Origin: an uncultured Clostridia bacterium
GTDB taxonomy: Bacteria; Bacillota; Clostridia; TANB77; CAG-508
Assembly: GCA_944388935.1 (NCBI GenBank)
Contig: CALXKK010000005.1
Coordinates: forward strand, 6,383-70,382
Reading direction: 5' to 3'
Length of the DNA stretch: 64,000 nt
Part shown: piece by piece, positions 60,609 through 64,000 of the stretch
Numbering within the stretch: position 1 is the first letter of the stretch
How the letters are laid out: every line of letters starts with the position of its first letter
Notes under the pieces: model-generated
Seen by the model: the letters and a program-made list of their open reading frames with translations, nothing else
Told to the model about the DNA's origin: nothing
The model's database searches: none
Position numbers and translations under genes: made by a program

Positions 60609-62642
60609 ATGAAGATAATGGTAAATAAAGGAGATTTTAAAGATTTAGTTCAGAGGGAATGGGTAATTTCCAATGGAATAGGAGGTTTCGCTTCATCCAC
60701 AGTTGTTGGAGCAAATACAAGAAAATATCATGGATTGCTTGTAGCAGCATTAACTCCACCAGCAAGAAGATTCTTGATATTGTCTAAAGTAGATGAATCA
60801 ATAGAATTTAATGGGTCAAAATATCCTTTATATACTAATATTTGTGACAATTATATTTCCGATGGATATAAAAGAATAGAATCATTCGAGAAAAAATATG
60901 TTCCAACATTTACATATAAAATAGATGATATTACTATTCAAAAAACTATTAGTATGCAATATGGAAGAAATACAGTAGTTGTATTATATAAAGTAAAAAA
61001 CGGAAATTATAAAACTAAACTAACATTAGCTCCAATAATAAATTATAGAGATTTCCATCAAATTAACAAAGATACAGATTTTGATTTAAGAGAAAACATA
61101 TCTGGAACAAAAGTAAAAATGATTGTAAAGAATGAAAGTCAAACACCTTTTTATATGAAATGTTCAGAAGGACAATATATAGAACACCATAATGATATTT
61201 TTTATCATATGTTTTATATGGAAGAAGAAAAAAGAGGATTTGACCCAATAGAAAATCATGCAATTCCTGGAAGATATGAAATTAATATTAATCCAAATGA
61301 AGAAAAAGAAATAACATTTGTATTCTCTTTAGAAGAAAATATTGATGAAATAAAAGCAGAAGATATAATAAAACAAGAAGAAGAAAGATTAAAGAAAATT
61401 GTAAAAGATACGAAATTAATAAACGAAAAAACAGAAGACAAAGAGTTAATAGAAGATTTTATTATTACAGCAGATAGTTTTATAGCATATAGACCATCAT
61501 TTGGCCTACACACTATAATTGCAGGATATCCATGGTTCCTAGATTGGGGTAGGGATAGTCTAATTTCTTTCGAAGGATTGCTACTAAAAACAAGAAGGTT
61601 TGATATAGCAAAAGAAGTTCTTTTAACCTTTGTAAGAGATGTAAAATATGGATTAGTACCAAATGGATATTCAGGATATGACAATAGACCTTTATATAAT
61701 AGTGCAGATGCATCTTTACTACTTTTTGAAGAAATAAAGAAATATTTAAACTATACACATGATTATAAATTTATTAAGGATAATTTCTATATATGTTTAA
61801 AGAAAATTATAGAAGCATACATTAATGGAATAGATGTTGATGACAACAATATTTATATGGAAAGAGATGGATTAATTCATTCTGGAACTATAAATACTCA
61901 AAATACTTGGATGGATGTAAAAATAGGAGATTTTGCAGTTACACCAAGAAATGGAAAAGCAGTAGAAATAAATAGTTTATGGTATAATGCATTAAAAATA
62001 ATGGAAGAACTATCAAAAAGATTCGAGACAAAGAAAGCATCAGAAATATATGGTGAATTAGCAGAAAAAGTTCAAAAATCTTTTAATAGAAAATTTTATA
62101 ACTCAGAGAAAAAATCTTTATATGATGTATTAGGAGATGACAGAATAAGACCAAATCAATTATTCAGTTTATCACTTACTTATCCTGTATTTAATCCAGC
62201 TGGTAGAAATGCAAAAGAAGTATTAAAAACTGTAACAAATGAATTGTATACAAGGCATGGATTACGTACTTTAAATAGGAAGGACAAGCAATATATTGCA
62301 ACATATGAAGGCGATTCTTATAGAAGAGATATAAGTTATCATCAAGGAATTACATGGCCATGGTTATTTGGATTATATAGCGATGCATATAAAAAAGTTA
62401 TAGAAAATACAAAAACGGTAAAAACAAAACAAGAATTACAAAAACAATATGACCAGTTTATAAAAAATCTTAAAACAACAACAAAAGCTATGATGTACAA
62501 AGAAGGTTGTGTACAAAGTATATCAGAATTATATGATTCTAAACCTCCATATTTACCAAAGGGAGCTTTTTCACAAGCTTGGAGTGTTGCGGAAATATTT
62601 AGAATATTACTAGATTCAAAGACAGAAGAAGAGGAAAAATAA
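60609..62642 (+). CDS. Glycogen debranching enzyme family protein (GDE N-terminal domain plus amylo-alpha-1,6-glucosidase-like (alpha/alpha)6 domain)
   Basis: REWVISNGIGGFASSTVVGANTRKYHGLLVAAL N-terminal signature. C-terminal GYPWFLDWGRDS motif. Confidence 0.8.
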   Translation: MKIMVNKGDFKDLVQREWVISNGIGGFASSTVVGANTRKYHGLLVAALTPPARRFLILSKVDESIEFNGSKYPLYTNICDNYISDGYKRIESFEKKYVPTFTYKIDDITIQKTISMQYGRNTVVVLYKVKNGNYKTKLTLAPIINYRDFHQINKDTDFDLRENISGTKVKMIVKNESQTPFYMKCSEGQYIEHHNDIFYHMFYMEEEKRGFDPIENHAIPGRYEININPNEEKEITFVFSLEENIDEIKAEDIIKQEEERLKKIVKDTKLINEKTEDKELIEDFIITADSFIAYRPSFGLHTIIAGYPWFLDWGRDSLISFEGLLLKTRRFDIAKEVLLTFVRDVKYGLVPNGYSGYDNRPLYNSADASLLLFEEIKKYLNYTHDYKFIKDNFYICLKKIIEAYINGIDVDDNNIYMERDGLIHSGTINTQNTWMDVKIGDFAVTPRNGKAVEINSLWYNALKIMEELSKRFETKKASEIYGELAEKVQKSFNRKFYNSEKKSLYDVLGDDRIRPNQLFSLSLTYPVFNPAGRNAKEVLKTVTNELYTRHGLRTLNRKDKQYIATYEGDSYRRDISYHQGITWPWLFGLYSDAYKKVIENTKTVKTKQELQKQYDQFIKNLKTTTKAMMYKEGCVQSISELYDSKPPYLPKGAFSQAWSVAEIFRILLDSKTEEEEK

Positions 62643-63133
62643 TGAGAATATTAGGAATAGACCCAGGTTTTGCAATAACCGGGTACAGTATAATAGATTA
62701 CATAGGAAATAAATTTAAATTAGAAACATCTGGGGCAATTTTAACAGAAGCTGGAGTTTCATTCCCATTAAGATTGGAAAAGATTTATACCGATTTAGAC
62801 AATATAATAAAAACATATAAACCAGATGCAATGTCAATAGAAGAATTATTCTTCAATAATAATGCTAAAACAGCTATTAATGTAGCACAAGCGAGGGGCG
62901 TAATATTAATAACAGCAAGAATAAATAAACTAGATATTTTTGAATATACACCTTTGCAAGTAAAACAAGCAGTAACAGGTTATGGTAGAGCAGATAAAAT
63001 ACAAGTACAGAGAATGGTAAAAATGATATTAAATGTAGAAAAACTACCAAAATTAGATGATATAACAGATAGTATGGCAATGGCAATTTGCCATGCGCAT
63101 TCATCTAAATTCTCATCTCAATTTAAACTATAA
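62642..63133 (+). CDS. ruvC: Crossover junction endodeoxyribonuclease RuvC
   Basis: MRILGIDPGFAITGYSII... Catalytic D/E residues. 163 aa. Confidence 0.9.
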   Translation: MRILGIDPGFAITGYSIIDYIGNKFKLETSGAILTEAGVSFPLRLEKIYTDLDNIIKTYKPDAMSIEELFFNNNAKTAINVAQARGVILITARINKLDIFEYTPLQVKQAVTGYGRADKIQVQRMVKMILNVEKLPKLDDITDSMAMAICHAHSSKFSSQFKL

Positions 63134-63141
63134 AGAAGGTA

Positions 63142-64000
63142 TGATTGTGTTAATTGAAGAGCTAGAACGAGAGTTAAAGGAACAGAAATTAAAAAGTATA
63201 TATGTATTATATGGTGAAGAAAAATTTTTGTTAGAATCAATAGTTAAAAAAATAAAGAAAAATTTTGGAGAATGTATAAATGGTATTAATTATATAAATA
63301 TTGATGAAACCAATATTGGTGAATTAATTGCAGATATACAAACTCCAGCGTTTGGCTATACAAAAAAGCTAATAATTATACGTAATTCAGGTATTCTAAA
63401 AAAAGAAGGTAAAAGAAAAGATCCAGAACTTGCAAAAGTAAAAAAGAGTGTTGCAGAATATATAGAAAATAATATAGAAGAAATTGAAGAAAGCGTAATA
63501 TTAGTTTTCGTAGAAGAAAATGTAGAAAAACAAAAATTATTCAAAGTTCTAGAAAAGCATGCCTGTGTGTGTGAATTTACATTTCAAAAACCAAATCAAA
63601 TTATAAGAAGATTAAAATCCATAGCAAATGCATATAAAGTAAATGTTGCAGAAAATACATTACAATATTTAATTGAGCAATGCGGACAAAATATGCAAGA
63701 GCTTATTAATGAAATTAGAAAATTAATAGAGTATGAAGGCGAAGGAGGTACAATAACCAAGTCCGATATAGATTTGTTATGTACAAAGCAAACACAAGCA
63801 ATAATTTTCAATTTAACGGATTATTTAGGTAAAAAACAAATAAGACAAGCTTTAGATGAATTAAATAAATTACTTTATAATAAAGAACCAATTCAAAAAA
63901 TATTAATAACATTATATAATCATTTTAAAAAATTATACTTTACAAAAATAGCAGAAAAATATAAATTGGATATAGCGAAATCTTTAAATTTAAAACCAAA
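63142..64000 (+). CDS. holA: DNA polymerase III delta subunit (HolA-like), 3' end outside the window
   Basis: Open frame from ATG 63142 with an AAGAAGG RBS. The N-terminal motif IYVLYGEEKFLL matches HolA (B. subtilis VYLLYGTETYLL). Not in the ORF track because no stop codon lies within the window. Confidence 0.7.

Noticed and set aside
63142-64000. Expected ruvA after ruvC.
   Set aside because: The downstream ORF matches HolA (DNA polymerase III delta; YVLYGEEKFLL motif) rather than RuvA. It is annotated as holA-like. The departure from the usual ruvC-ruvA-ruvB order is noted but is not evidence of anything anomalous by itself.

Overview
This is a low-GC (~28% GC) Firmicutes chromosome segment, most consistent with a sporulating Clostridium-type organism. 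That assignment is an inference from base composition, the pro-sigma-K gene and the hrcA-grpE-dnaK-dnaJ, tig-clpP-clpX and stp-prkC-rsgA-rpe gene order. The window is mostly core housekeeping genes, with an accessory-looking stretch at roughly 400-19,900.

Core content, in order:
- xerD 3' end and deoB at the start of the window.
- One tRNA-Leu(CAA).
- lysS, tsaD, tig, clpP, clpX, rlmN, stp, prkC, rsgA, rpe, then nth and rpmB on the minus strand.
- recG, rbgA, mrnC.
- sigK on the minus strand, carrying a frameshift.
- prmC, whiA, hemW, the dnaK operon with a CIRCE operator, ispH, murB, ruvC and the start of holA.

Features worth a second look:
1. A ~1 kb stretch of about 45% GC next to tRNA-Leu. 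It carries two small minus-strand genes. Each has its own consensus promoter, a conserved SD-like hairpin motif and a related terminator, so the arrangement looks like a cassette array.
2. A GGGAC-N-GTCC repeat family. One copy is a 144-bp MITE-like element with terminal inverted repeats. Two other copies are an identical 24-nt element sitting immediately after the stop codons of two unrelated genes.
3. A possible operon of a Cys/Thr-rich zinc-ribbon peptide, a DUF2085 membrane protein and a CofE-like gamma-glutamyl ligase homolog.
4. A membrane-anchored serpin with a predicted P1 Arg.
5. A lipase/esterase, HxxxDG acyltransferase and 4-TM protein operon.
6. A +1 frameshift splitting pro-sigma-K.
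7. A GC-rich structured-RNA candidate upstream of prmC.
8. A divergent, membrane-anchored YvcK paralog beside murB.
9. A second palindrome overlapping the -35 of the dnaK operon promoter.

No CRISPR array, rRNA gene or integrase-bearing prophage is visible.
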